DNA of 64,000 nt, from NCBI GenBank assembly GCA_963710425.1, contig CAVQAR010000024.1, positions 229,042 through 293,041 on the forward strand, given 5' to 3'. The position numbers and the translations under genes are program-made. The stretch is from an uncultured delta proteobacterium. Its GTDB lineage: Bacteria; Desulfobacterota; Binatia; Binatales; Binataceae. The notes under the pieces were generated by a model. That model ran no database searches. It was not told where the DNA came from and saw nothing but the letters and a program-made list of their open reading frames with translations. Shown here one piece after another: positions 19,380-30,917 of the stretch; the first letter of the stretch is position 1, and each line of letters starts with the position of its first letter.

Positions 19380-20906
19380 CCACGAGCCCTCCCAAAGCCG
19401 ACGAGCGCGATCAGCCACCCGACCGTCCGCTCGATCAAACGATTTCCCGTCCGCTCGTTACACGCCGCGCGTTAAATCTGATTCTCCTGCTTGTCGCGCT
19501 CAGTGCGGGCAGCGCGCTGCGCTTCGCCAATCTCGGCCAGCTCGAGATGTCGCCCGACGAAGGAGCGTCATGGGCCGCCGCCGTTGCACCGACCGCGCGC
19601 GAAGTGGTCGCGCGACAACCGTTGCTGAATCCCGGCGAGCTGCCGATTCACGACCTGATGCTGCACGGATGGATCGAGCTCTTCGGCACGAGCCTTACCG
19701 CGATGCGCGCGCTGTCGGCCGCCCTCGGCGTCGCATCGATACTGCTCGTCTATTTCTGCGTTTGTGAACTGTTCGTGGAATCGCCGCTGACCCGCGACGA
19801 CGTCCAGGACCGTCGGATCGCTCAGCGCGATCGTCTTCGCGCTGAATCTCGTCACGATCAAATACTCGCACGAGGCCCGCATGTATCCGCTGATGCTCGC
19901 CGCGATCCTCGCGCAAGTCACGATCTTTCTGCGCGCGCTCCGCATCGGCGGCGTCGCCAACTACGCCGCACTCGTGTTCTTGACCGCAATCGCAATCGCC
20001 TCGAACTTCGCCGCGCTGCTGATCCCCGCAACCGAAGGCCTCTGGCTCATCTATATAATCGCGCGCGCAGGATTGCGCCCCGGCAACCTGAAAGTTCGTC
20101 GCGCGCTGATGATCGCGTACGCGCTCGCCGCCGCCGGCCTGATCCTCCTGCCGAAACTTTTCTCATCGCTGCACGCAGCCTCGGCGGGAAACATCGGCGG
20201 ATGGCGCAAACTGCCCGCTCTTTACGAGCCTTTCGCGCTATTCAACAAAGCGACCGGCAGCTTCGCGTTTCCAATTCTCGCACTGCTCGCGATTTGGGGC
20301 GTCGCTCGCGGATGGAATCGCGGTGCGCGCGACGCGATCGCCTTCGCACTCCTATGGATGTGGGCGCCGCCGCTCATGATGCTCATCGCGTCGTACGCAA
20401 TCGCGCCCGTCTTCGTCGAGCGTTACGCGCTCTCATGCTTCGTTCCGTTTTTCATCCTCGTCGCCGTCGGAATCTTCGAAATGCCCAGGGCTTCCATTCG
20501 CATCGGCGCCGCATCAGTGGGGCGGCCCGCCGTCGCGTCAGTGGGGCGGGCCGCCGTGCCCGCCCTCGCCCTGGCACTCGCAGTCATATTCTCGCTCGGC
20601 CACATCATCTCTTACGATCGCAAATCACACGACGCGCAATATCGCGAAGCAATCGCCGCCGCCGATTCCGCGCTCAAGCCCGGCGAAGTCATGACCGTCG
20701 TCCCGTCCTACGCGATCGAAGTCCTCCGCTATTATCTTCCCGGCCGATCAACTCATCGCGCGGTTCGCTATGATTCGTCGGCGCCGCCGGCCGCCGTGTT
20801 GATTATTGGCGATCAGAACCTCGCGCCCGGCGCCGCCCAGTCATATAAGAAAGAATATCCGCAAACGGTCGCGCGCCTGCGCGGCGTAACAGTGCTGCGA
20901 AGGTAA
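19376..20906 (+). CDS. GT-C (PMT/ArnT-like, family 39) membrane glycosyltransferase; start uncertain, frameshift near 19805
   Basis: TM1 then SPDE (DE motif), MRALSA, YSHEARMYPL, FVERY; multiple TM helices. Confidence 0.75.
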
Positions 20907-20910
20907 TGCG

Positions 20911-21766
20911 ATGAGCGATCCGAATCCCGAAGATTTGAAAATGAAAGGCCAGCAGAAAGCCGCCTGGGACGACAGCGCCGAGGGATGGAAGCGATGGTGG
21001 CCGACCTTCGAGCGCGCGGCGCAAATCGTCAACGACCGCCTCGTCGAGCTCGCGGGCGTGCGCGCCGGCAATCGCGTCCTCGACATCGCGACCGGTAGCG
21101 GAGAGCCCGCGCTGACAGCGGCCCGCGTCGTCGGACCTTCAGGACGCGTCGTCGCCGTGGACATGTCGCCTGGGATGCTCGCGATCGCGCGCGAACGAAT
21201 CGACGCCGCGCGCCTGACCAACGTCGATCTCGTCGAGTCCGACGCCGAGTCGCTGCGCCTCGACCCGCATTCCTTCGACGCCGCGCTCTGCCGATGGGGC
21301 CTCATGTTCATGCCCGACCTCGACGGCGTGATGCGCGCGATGCATCGCGCACTCAAGCCCGGCGGCCAAGTTTGCAACCGCCGTCTGGTCGCATGCCGCC
21401 AAGGTCCCGATGCTCGGACTCGCGCGCGACGCGATTCGACGCATCACCGGCATCGTGCCGCCGCCCAACGCGCCCGACCCGACCAAGCTTGCCGACCCTT
21501 CGATCCTCGAGCGCGCGCTCGCCGCCGCCGGCTTCCACGACATTACAATCGAGCGCCTGATCGTCACCTTCGAATTTCCCTCGGCCGACGCCTTCGCCGA
21601 CTTCCGCGCGCAAATCGGCGGCACCCGCGCGACGCTCTCCAAAATGCCGCCCGAGGTTGCCCGCAACGTGCGCGAAGCAGTCGTCGCCTCGGCGCGCGAA
21701 TTCGCCGGCGACGACGGCGTCGTCCGACTCGCCAACGAGACCATCTGCTTCGGCGCGCGAGCATAG
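20911..21766 (+). CDS. Class I SAM-dependent methyltransferase; frameshift near 21370
   Basis: VLDIATGSGE, VDMSPGML, FDAALCRWGLMFMPD, LKPGG. Confidence 0.88.
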
Positions 21767-21777
21767 CGGACACCAGT

Positions 21778-23371
21778 TTGACTGCCGCCACTCCCCGCAG
21801 CGCGTCTCGCTCGCTTCGCTACTCCCCGGCTCTCGTCCTCATCGCGATCGTGATCGCCGACGCGCGCCAACTCGCCGATTCCGACATGTGGGGTCACGTC
21901 CTCTGGGGCCGCGAGCTTCTCGCGCACGGCTCGCTCCCGCACGGCAATCCCTATTCGTATTCTGCTCCCGGCTACCCGTGGCTGCGTCACGAATGGCTCG
22001 GCGAAGTGACAATGGGCGCGCTCTTCAACCTGTTCGGCACGTGGGGCTTGAAGCTGTTCAAGTTCGCCTGCACGTGCGGCACCATCGGCTTCATGGTCCT
22101 CGCGATGGCCGAAACCTCCGCACCAGTTCTCGCGCAAATTCCAATCCTGATGATCGTCCCGCTGATGCTGTTGCCCGCGATGCAATTCCGCCCGACGCTC
22201 TTCGATTTCCTCGCGCTGTCCGCGATCATCGCGCTGCTCAGCCGCCACAACTGGCGCGGTTCAGCCCCGCTCTGGCTCGCGATTCCCATCGTCGCAATTT
22301 GGAGCAACGTTCACGGCGGATTCTTTGTGGGCATCATCGTGATCGGCGTCTACGGCGCGACCATCTTCCTCCTCGATCTCGTCACAGGCTGGTTCAGTGG
22401 GGCGGGCCGCCGTGCCCGCCCTCCGCGGTCTCTGGATCATCGCGATCGCCGCCGCTGCCGCCGCATCTACTTTATGTACATTTCTGATCCCGCCCGCCCG
22501 CGACACCTGGCTCACGCTGATCCACTCGATTTTCAACCCGATGACGCACTACGCGATCGAAGATTGGAAACCCCTGCTCTCCGCGCTGAAAGAGGCCGAC
22601 AGCGGCAGTTTCGCGCAGAAGTATTTCGTCCTCGTGCTGCTCTATTTTGCCGCCGCCGTCGTATCGGTAATTCTCACGCCCCGCGGCGGTGACGCTCCAA
22701 TGGTCGCAGTCGCCGCATTCACGCTCGCGATGGCCTTCGCCGCCGAACGCAATATCCCCATCGCCGCGATCGCGATCGCCCCGGTCTTCGCCAACCACCT
22801 CGGCCTACTCTTCAAATCCCGCGAGGCCTCCACTACACCCGAATCGAACACTCGCGAGGTCTCGCGCACCGGCCGTTTGACCATGGAAATCCTGATCGCA
22901 GTCGTGGCGATTTCGTTCGCGCGCCTCGACGGAGTGCTGACCCCGGGAATCAACGTGCATGGATTCCCGGTGCGCGCCGTCAACTTCATGAAAACTCACG
23001 ACCTCGAGGGCAACGTGCTCGCGCAGTACGGATGGGGCCAGTACGTCATCTGGCACGGCGCGCCCGGCATGAAAATTTTCATCGACGGCCGCTACGACCT
23101 CGCATATCCGCCCGCAGTCGTGTGGGATTGGCTGAAATTCGCGAACAACCTCGACGGCGCCGCGCAAACACTCGCGGCCTATCCGCACGATTTCGTTTTG
23201 CTCGAACAGGATCTGCCCGCCATCAAGCTGATGGACTCCGCTCGCGATTGGCGCCTCATCTACCGCGACGACGTTGCCCGCCTCTACGCGCGCGCCAATT
23301 CACCGGCCGCTCATCTCGACCCTGTGACGATCACCAACAAAAGCAAATCTCCGCCAGAATTTTTCCCCTAG
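21778..23371 (+). CDS. Polytopic membrane protein, GT-C-like (paralog 1); frameshift near 22390
   Basis: DSDMWGH..GR, HEWL, FRPTLF, WSNVHGGF, IFIDGRYD. Confidence 0.7.
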
Positions 23372-23386
23372 CCGCGTGATCCCACG

Positions 23387-24935
23387 ATGACCGCCACTCC
23401 CGCTCGCGTCTCGCTCTGGCGCTATTCGCCGGCGCTCGTCCTGCTCGCAATCGTGATCGCCGACATCCGCCAGCTCAGCGATCCCGACCTATGGATCCAT
23501 CTCCTGTCCGGCCGCGAACTGCTCGCCCACGGCTCTCTCCCGACCACCAACATCTACTCGTACTCGGCTCCAAATTTCCGCTGGCTGCATCACGAATGGC
23601 TGAGCGAAGTCATCATGAGCGCGCTCTTCGACACCTACGGCCCGTTCGGCCTGAAGCTCCTCAAATTCATCTGCACCGCCTGGACGATCTCTTTCATCGT
23701 GTCCGCCGAGTCCGAAACCGGCGCACCCGCAATCGCGCAGGCGGCGATTCTGCTGATCGCCGCAGTGATCATGATTCCGTCGATGCAGTTCCGGCCGCAG
23801 ATTTTCGATTTCCTCGCGCTGTCGGCGATCGTCGCGCTGCTATGCCGCCACAACTGGCGCGGCTCTGCGCCGCTGTGGCTCGCAATCCCGATCGTCGCGA
23901 TCTGGTGCAATCTTCACGGCGGATTCTTCATCGGCTTGCTCGCAATGGGCGTTTACGCTGCCGCAACGCTCCTGCAAGACGTCTTCGCGGGACGCGGCCC
24001 GCGCCGCGGACTCGTCATTCTTGCGATCACCGCCGCCGCCGCCGCATCTACTTTATGTACATTTCTGATCCCGCCCGCGCGCCAAACCTGGTACACCCTC
24101 ACTTACTCGATTCTGAACCCGACCACCTCTGCCACCATCATCGACTGGAAACCCCTGTTCGCATCCTTCACCACCGCGCCGCCCGGCAGCCTTCAGCAAA
24201 AATATTTTGTCCTGGTGATTTTGTTCTTCGCCGCCGCAATCGTATCCGTGATTCTCACGCCCAGAGCCAACGACGCGCCTCTCGTCGCCGTCGCCGCCGT
24301 ACTGCTCGCGACCAGTTTCGCCGCTCAGCGCAATATCGCAATCGCGACCATCGCGATCGTTCCAGTTTTCGCCAACCACCTCGGCCGCTTGATCCCGCGC
24401 GACCCCATCGCCTCGAGTGCTTCCCTCGATTCATCGTGGCAGTCGAATCGCCGCCGAAATTCTGATCGGTATCGTCGCATTCGCGCTCGCACGCTCCAGT
24501 GGAATTCTGAAACGCGGCATCGACGCCCCCGGCGTTCCCGCGAGCGCCGTCAACTTCATGAACCGCCACGGTCTCTCTGGAAATGTCCTCGCGGACTACG
24601 CATGGGCCGGCTTCGTGATTTGGCATGGAGGCCCGCACACCAAAGTTTTCATCGACAGCCGCTACGACCTCGCCTATCCGCCGACAGTGATCGCCGACTT
24701 CCTCGCACTCGACCGCGCCGAGCCCGGCGCCGCGCACACTCTCGCCGGCTATCCGACCGATTTCGTTTTGACCGCGCCCACGCGCCCCGAGGCAAAAGTG
24801 ATGGACGCTCAGCCCGACTGGCGCCTCATCTATAGCGACTCCGACGCCCGCCTCTATGCTCGCGCCAACTCATCCGCCGCTCACCTCGACGCCGTCCCGG
24901 TCAAGGGCGTTGTACTTTTTACAACGTTTCCCTGA
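23387..24935 (+). CDS. Polytopic membrane protein, GT-C-like (paralog 2); frameshift near 24415
   Basis: DPDLWIH..GR, HEWL, FRPQIF, WCNLHGGF, VFIDSRYD; collinear with paralog 1. Confidence 0.7.
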
Positions 24936-25055
24936 CTTGGCGTTCGATTTAGCGGCTTGAAAGTTAGGCCGGTTTCCAAGGGGTACTTGAATTTAACACA
25001 CCTTACAGCTAATTCTATTGTCCATTACTGAGCCGCCAACCTTTTGGGGGGGACG

Positions 25056-25493
25056 ATGACGGTCGAAGACGCACTGCGAAAAATCGCACTTCTGCGCAGA
25101 GTTAGCGAAGATAAGGGAGCCCTCTCGGCAGAGCGAGAGGCCGCCCACCGCCTGCAAAAAGTCCTGATGGAGCGGTACGCGATCAAGCCTCAGGAAGTCC
25201 CGGAGGGCCCCGCGAGGACACCTTTTCGCCTGAACTGGGATTACTGGCGCGAACTGCTCGACGAGTTCGATCTGCGCCTGACTCATTTCGGCGGCCGCGG
25301 CAGCGCCGAGGTCGGCAAAAACATGATCGTGTACATCCGCCTCGCTCTCAACCAATGGTGGATCGAGGAGCGCTCTTCAACCGGATGGAAACCCACCGTT
25401 CGCGACAACGGCATGGAGTCCCTGCGCACCTACCTCAAAGAGCACGCCCCCAAAACCTACTCCTTCTCAACCGCCGACCGCCGCAACCGCTAG
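25056..25493 (+). CDS. Hypothetical protein with DUF2786-like N-terminus
   Basis: LRKIALL...EREAAHRLQKVLMERY resembles the DUF2786 helix pattern. Confidence 0.5.
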   Translation: MTVEDALRKIALLRRVSEDKGALSAEREAAHRLQKVLMERYAIKPQEVPEGPARTPFRLNWDYWRELLDEFDLRLTHFGGRGSAEVGKNMIVYIRLALNQWWIEERSSTGWKPTVRDNGMESLRTYLKEHAPKTYSFSTADRRNR

Positions 25494-25683
25494 CCGCCAC
25501 GCTCGTCTTCAAATCTCTGTAATTCTGGTTCCCCTCTCCAGAAGGGAGAGGGGTTAGGGGAGAGGTCCGCACTGGAAATGCGCCGTCAGTGTGGTAGTAA
25601 GGTAATCGCCAGCGCGTACGCGCGTCGATTTTTTCCTCGCGCGCATGCAGCCAACACTATCGCACACTCAAGGAGCACTCAGG

Positions 25684-26769
25684 ATGAAAGCCGCCGTTTT
25701 CCACGGGCCCAAGTTGCCGCTCAGTATCGAGGACGTCGAACTCGACAAACCCCAGGACCGCGAAGTCCTCATCAAAACCGTCGCCAGCGGCGTATGCCAC
25801 AGCGATCTCCATTTCGTTGACGGCTTCTACCCATACCCCGCGCCTGCCGTGCTCGGCCACGAGGCCGCCGGCATCATCGAAGAAGTCGGCAAACAGGTGA
25901 CCTACGTCAAGCCCGGCGATCACGTCATCTGCTGCCTCTCGGTCTTCTGCGGCAACTGCGAGCAGTGCATGTCGGGACATCCCAATCGATGCTCAAACAA
26001 GGCCGCGACTCAGCGCAACCCGTCGGACAAGCCGCGCATCTCGCAGAAGGGCAAGCCGGTTAACCAGTTCCTCGACATATCGTCCTACTGCGAAAAAATG
26101 TTGCTCCACGAAAACGCGGTGGTGAAAATTCGCGAGGACTTCCCGCTCGATCGCGCCGCGCTCATCGGATGCGGTGTCACCACCGGCGTCGGCGCAGTGC
26201 TCAACACCGCCAAAATCGAGCCCGGCTCGACCGTCGCAGTCTTCGGCGCCGGTGGCGTCGGACTCGCCGCAATCCAGGGCGCGCGAATTGCCGGCGCGCG
26301 AAAAATAATCGCGGTCGATATGTTCGAAGGGAAACTCGCGATGGCGAAACGGCTCGGCGCGACCGACACCGTTGACGCCTCGAGCAGCGACCCCGTCGAC
26401 GAAATCCGCAAGATGACCGACGGCGGCGTCGATTACTCTTTCGAAGCCATCGGTCTTAAGAAAGCCGCCGAGCAAGCCTTCAACTCGCTCAAGGCCGGCG
26501 GCACCGCAACCGTCATCGGCATGATCCCCGTCGGCCAGAAGGTCGAAATCGACGGCTACATGTTTTTGACCGAGCGCAAACTGCAAGGCTCCAACATGGG
26601 CTCGAACCGCTTCCGCATCGACATGCCCAAGTACATCGACTTCTACCTGCAAGGCCGCCTCAACCTCGACGACATGATCAGCCAGCGCCGCAAACTCGAA
26701 GACGTCAACGACGCCTTCCGCGCAATGAAAGCCGGCGAAGTCGCCCGCACCGTCCTGATGTTCAACTAG
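25684..26769 (+). CDS. Zn-dependent alcohol dehydrogenase (class III-like), copy 1
   Basis: GVCHSD, GHEAAG, CGNCEQC..C, GAGGVG; AAGGAG SD. Confidence 0.95.
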   Translation: MKAAVFHGPKLPLSIEDVELDKPQDREVLIKTVASGVCHSDLHFVDGFYPYPAPAVLGHEAAGIIEEVGKQVTYVKPGDHVICCLSVFCGNCEQCMSGHPNRCSNKAATQRNPSDKPRISQKGKPVNQFLDISSYCEKMLLHENAVVKIREDFPLDRAALIGCGVTTGVGAVLNTAKIEPGSTVAVFGAGGVGLAAIQGARIAGARKIIAVDMFEGKLAMAKRLGATDTVDASSSDPVDEIRKMTDGGVDYSFEAIGLKKAAEQAFNSLKAGGTATVIGMIPVGQKVEIDGYMFLTERKLQGSNMGSNRFRIDMPKYIDFYLQGRLNLDDMISQRRKLEDVNDAFRAMKAGEVARTVLMFN

Positions 26770-26958
26770 TGTCGCGTCTCACAAAAAGGCTACCCATTCT
26801 GTTCCCCCTTTCCCGCGGGAAAGGGGGTGACGGCGATAGGACGGAGCGGAATAGTCCTTCCACCTCCGGTTCCCCTCTCCAGAAGGGAGAGGGGCTAGGG
26901 GAGAGGGTCCGCGCAACTAGCGCATTTGATTCGCTAAAAAGAAATAGAGGCTAAAACA

Positions 26959-28044
26959 ATGAAAGCTGCTGTCTTCCACGGTCCCGGTCAGCCACTCACC
27001 ATCGAGCAAGTCGACATCGACGAACCCAAAGAGCGCGAAGTCGTCGTCCGCACCGTCGCCTCCGGCGTATGCCACAGCGATCTCCATTTCGTTGACGGCC
27101 TCTACATGTGGCCGACGCCCGCCATCCTCGGTCACGAGGCCGCCGGCGTCGTCGAGAAAGTCGGCTCGCAGGTCTCGTACCTCAAACCCGGCGACCACGT
27201 CATCGCGTGCCTCTCGGTCTTCTGCGGCTACTGCGAAGAATGCATGTCCGGACACCCGAACCTATGCTCCAACAAAGCCGCCACCCAGCGCACCCCGGCT
27301 GACAAGCCGCGCCTCTCGCAGAAGGGCAAGATGGTTAATCAGTTCGCCGACCTCTCGGGCTACGCCGAGAAAATGCTCCTGCACGAAAACGCGCTGGTGA
27401 AAATCGACGACGACGTCCCGCTCGATCGCGCCGCGCTCATCGGATGCGGCGTGATGACCGGCGTGGGCGCCGCACTCAACACCGCCAAAGTTGCTCCCGG
27501 CTCGACTGTCGCCGTTTTCGGCGCGGGCGGCGTCGGCCTCGCGATCATCCAGGGCGCGCGAATCGCAGGCGCGCGCATGATCATCGCGGTGGACAAGTTC
27601 CCTGCTAAACTCGAGCTCGCCAAAAAACTCGGCGCGACTCACGCGGTTGACGCGTCCAAGGGCGACGCCGTCGATCAGATTCGCGCACTCACCAACGGCG
27701 GCGTCGAATATTCCTTCGAAGCGATCGGCCTGAAAGTCGCCGCCGAGCAAGCCTACGAATCGATCGCCCCGGGCGGCATCGCCACCATAGTCGGGATGGT
27801 CCCCCTCGGCCAAAAAGTTGACGTTGACGGCTTCTCGCTGCTGTTCGAAAAGCGCATCCAGGGATGCTTCATGGGCTCGAACCGCTTCCGCATCGACATG
27901 CCAAGAATCATCGAGCTGTACCAACAAGGCCGCCTCGACCTCGACGACATGATAACCCGCCGCGGCAAACTGGAAGACGTAAACGAAGCCTTCCGCGCCA
28001 TGAAAGCCGGCGAAGTAGCCCGCACCGTCCTGATGTTCGACTAG
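26959..28044 (+). CDS. Zn-dependent alcohol dehydrogenase (class III-like), copy 2
   Basis: Same motifs; near-collinear paralog of copy 1. Confidence 0.95.
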   Translation: MKAAVFHGPGQPLTIEQVDIDEPKEREVVVRTVASGVCHSDLHFVDGLYMWPTPAILGHEAAGVVEKVGSQVSYLKPGDHVIACLSVFCGYCEECMSGHPNLCSNKAATQRTPADKPRLSQKGKMVNQFADLSGYAEKMLLHENALVKIDDDVPLDRAALIGCGVMTGVGAALNTAKVAPGSTVAVFGAGGVGLAIIQGARIAGARMIIAVDKFPAKLELAKKLGATHAVDASKGDAVDQIRALTNGGVEYSFEAIGLKVAAEQAYESIAPGGIATIVGMVPLGQKVDVDGFSLLFEKRIQGCFMGSNRFRIDMPRIIELYQQGRLDLDDMITRRGKLEDVNEAFRAMKAGEVARTVLMFD

Positions 28045-28070
28045 CCGCGCAGCTAAATTGTGTGACGCAC

Positions 28071-28103
28071 AGAGGGCCGGTCGGGACTTCCGATCGGCCC
28101 TCT
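28071..28103 (+). terminator. Hairpin / probable terminator after ADH copy 2
   Basis: AGAGGGCCGGTCGG-GACTT-CCGATCGGCCCTCT. Confidence 0.6.
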
Positions 28104-28463
28104 TCAAAATACCGCTGTACTTAAAATTTCTGGTCCCCCTTCATCGGAAGGCCGCGGGCACGGCGGCCCGCGCCACTGCACTGCGGCTCGAGGTGCTTTC
28201 AAAGCTGCTAGATTCGGCTGATTTAGTGGCGCGGGCGGCCCTGCCCGCGGCTCCTTCCCTCCACCGCCCTGAGAGCAAAGTAGCGCGCTGCGCGCAACTT
28301 TGCGTTTCTCACTTTCTCACTGGGTGCAGGGGTCACCCCTGCCGCCCGCCGCGCAGGCGATTATTTCTTTGCGTTATTTTCATCGCCACTTTCTTTGTAG
28401 GGGTAGGTTCCATTTCCCTTCACCCCAAATAATCGCAATCATTACCCCCGGAGGCTCCCCCCA

Positions 28464-29144
28464 ATGCCCTCAGAACATGTCGTCTTCTTATTCGACGTCG
28501 ACAACACCCTCATCGACAACGATCACATCGTTGCCGACATGAAACACAACCTCGAACGCGACATCGGCGCCGAGCAGCAGACCCGCTACTGGGAATATTT
28601 CGAGGAACTCCGCACCGAGCTCGGCTACGCCGACTACCTCGGCGCGTTGCAGCGCTACCGCGTCAATCATCCGCGCGACTTCGGCATCATCGCAGTCTCC
28701 TACTTCCTGATGAACTACCACTTCGCCAACCGCCTGTTCCCCTGCGCGCTCGACGTCATCGACCAGTACCAGCTATACGGCGAGACGGCGATCCTCTCCG
28801 ACGGCGACATGATCTTCCAGCCGCTAAAAATCGAGCGCTCAGGCCTGCGCGAAGCAGTCGACGAAAAAGTGATGATCTACATCCACAAGGAACAGGAACT
28901 CGACGACGTAAAAACCCGCTACCCCGCCGACCACTACGTCCTAATCGACGACAAAGTCCGAATCCTGGACGCAGTAAAAAAAACCTGGGGCAAAAACGTA
29001 ACGACAGTATTCCCCCGCCAAGGCCACTACGCCGCCGACGCAAAGGAAGTCGCCAAGTACATGCCCCCCGACGTCACGGTAGACCGAATCGATCAACTGC
29101 TCGACTACGACCTAACCAAACTCCGCGCCGCCACCAAAGGCTAG
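28464..29144 (+). CDS. HAD-superfamily hydrolase
   Basis: FLFDVDNTL, ILSDGD, LIDDK. Confidence 0.88.
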   Translation: MPSEHVVFLFDVDNTLIDNDHIVADMKHNLERDIGAEQQTRYWEYFEELRTELGYADYLGALQRYRVNHPRDFGIIAVSYFLMNYHFANRLFPCALDVIDQYQLYGETAILSDGDMIFQPLKIERSGLREAVDEKVMIYIHKEQELDDVKTRYPADHYVLIDDKVRILDAVKKTWGKNVTTVFPRQGHYAADAKEVAKYMPPDVTVDRIDQLLDYDLTKLRAATKG

Positions 29145-29310
29145 CTCCGTCTTTGTGTGATTCCTTTCCTCACCTCGCCCGTTATTTTCACGGGAGAGGC
29201 GGGCCGGCGGGCGTAGCCGCCGGTAGGTGAGGGTCATGCGACGCATGATGCAAATACGGTAGGTCGCCACTGCTCATTTCTGCCGTTTTTTTCTTTGCGT
29301 TAACTCTCTT

Positions 29311-29533
29311 TGTGTCATCCTGAGCGGAGTCTGCGCAGCGAAGGATCTCGCGCGTCTGCGCGCGCTGTGGTGGCAGGCGCCGGACGCCGGAGTGTCCGTC
29401 GAGATTCTTCGCCGCAGCGGCTCAGAATGACACAAAAAGTGAGCAGGCTAACTTTTCTGATGTGATCGAAGAACCCTCACCTACCGGCCGCGATGCGTCC
29501 GGCCGCCTCCCCCGTAAAAATAACGGGAGAGGT
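29311..29533 (+). repeat. Composite F+G repeat module (direct copy at 38468-38690)
   Basis: TGTGTCATCCTGAGCG...CTCAGAATGACACA long hairpin followed by ACCCTCACCTACCGGCC...TAACGGG.GAGGT. Confidence 0.9.
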
Positions 29534-29696
29534 AAATTCCCGCCGCCGCGCTCCCCCAAAAAGAACCTTCGAGCAAAATGGCGTCCGCGCCATTTTGCGA
29601 TTTCCTATCACTGGGTGCAGGGGTCACCCCTGCCCAAGGAGGTGCGGAACCCACGGTGGGTTCCGCATTCAATAAAGCGATCTCCCCTTCCCCGCA

Positions 29697-30609
29697 CTAC
29701 GCGCGCATCGACGCCCGCGAATTCCCCAGTAACATCTCCGCCACCGCCGTCAGATCATTATCATCATAGAAATCGATCTCGATCCTCCCCGGATTCCGCC
29801 CGCGACGCTTGAAAATTCTGACCTTGCGCTTGAGCGCGCGCTGCAAGCCCTCGGCGAGCGCGTTCAGGTTGGCGTCGTTGGCCGCGCGCGCATTGGACGC
29901 TTTCGTCCGCGGCCGATTCGCCGTGGCCATTTCCTCGGCGCCGCGCGACGAGATTCCGGCCCCCGCGATTCGCCGCGCCGCCGTAAGCTGCTTGTCGGAC
30001 GATTCTATCGTCAGCAGCGGCCGCGCCTGCCCTGCGCTGAGCTCCCCCTTCGCGATCATATTCAGAATCGGTTGCGGCAACTCGAGCAATCGAATCGAGT
30101 TGCTTACGTACGGCCGGCTCTTGCCGACCCGCGCCGCGACATCGTCATGGCTCAGGTTGAAATGGTCGACCAGCCGGAAAAACGCGAGTCCTTCTTCGAC
30201 CGCATTCAGATCCTCGCGCACGATATTCTCGACCAGCGACATTTCCAGCGCCGCGCGATCATCGAGCTCCCGCACCACGACCGGGACAGTTTCGAGACCT
30301 GCGGCGCGCGCCGCCCGCAGCCGCCGCTCGCCGGCGATCAGCTCGTAGCGCGGTCCGTCGCCTTCGACTGCGTCGATACGCCGCACGATCAGCGGCTCGA
30401 TAATTCCCTGGCTCTGAATCGCGCGGGTAAGTTCGGCCAGCCGCTCCTTGTCGAAATTTATCCGCGGCTGAAACTCGCCCGCAGTGATACTCCCGACCGG
30501 CGCCATCCTGAATTGCGAGTCGCCCTTGTCGTCGGCGCCAGTTTCAATCCGCCGCCGCCGGATTCCCGATCAGCGCATCAAGCCCGCGCCCCAATGGTTT
30601 CCGCATCAT
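29697..30609 (-). CDS. parB: Chromosome partitioning protein ParB; frameshift near the 5' end (about 30545)
   Basis: MMRKPLGRGLDALI in one frame; QPR, LIAGERRLRAA, ENIVREDL and HTH in the main frame. Confidence 0.95.
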
Positions 30610-30651
30610 CGTGATAGTCCTCTAAGATTTCTCATCAGCATCGTGCTTGAA

Positions 30652-30912
30652 GCGAGCAACCTAACCCCTAACCCCTTCCCATAGTGGGAAGGGGAACCGG
30701 ATTTTGAGGCAACTATTCCGCCCGTCCTATCCCCCTCACCCCCTTTCCCGCGGGAAAGGGGGAACAGAACGGATAACCAAGACATTGACCCCGGATTGAC
30801 AGAAGAAAAGAACCTTCGAGCAAAATGGCGTCCGCGCCATTTTTGCGATTGACACTGGGTGCAGGGGTCACCCCTGCCGAAGGAGGTGTGGAACCCACCG
30901 CGGGTTCCACAT
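30652..30912 (+). repeat. Composite A-C-H-E repeat module (inverted copy about 35100-35407; shorter A-H-E copy at 37321-37487)
   Basis: About 115 bp of near-identity to the reverse complement of 35292-35407, plus shared AAATGGCGTCC.CGCCATTT and CTGGGTGCAGGGGTCACCCCTGC blocks. Confidence 0.88.
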
Positions 30913-30917
30913 TAAGA

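Noticed and set aside
20911-22692. Methyltransferase-membrane protein fusion (593-aa ORF in the track)
   Set aside because: Artefact of a frameshift near 21370; the real methyltransferase C-terminus ends at 21766 in another frame.
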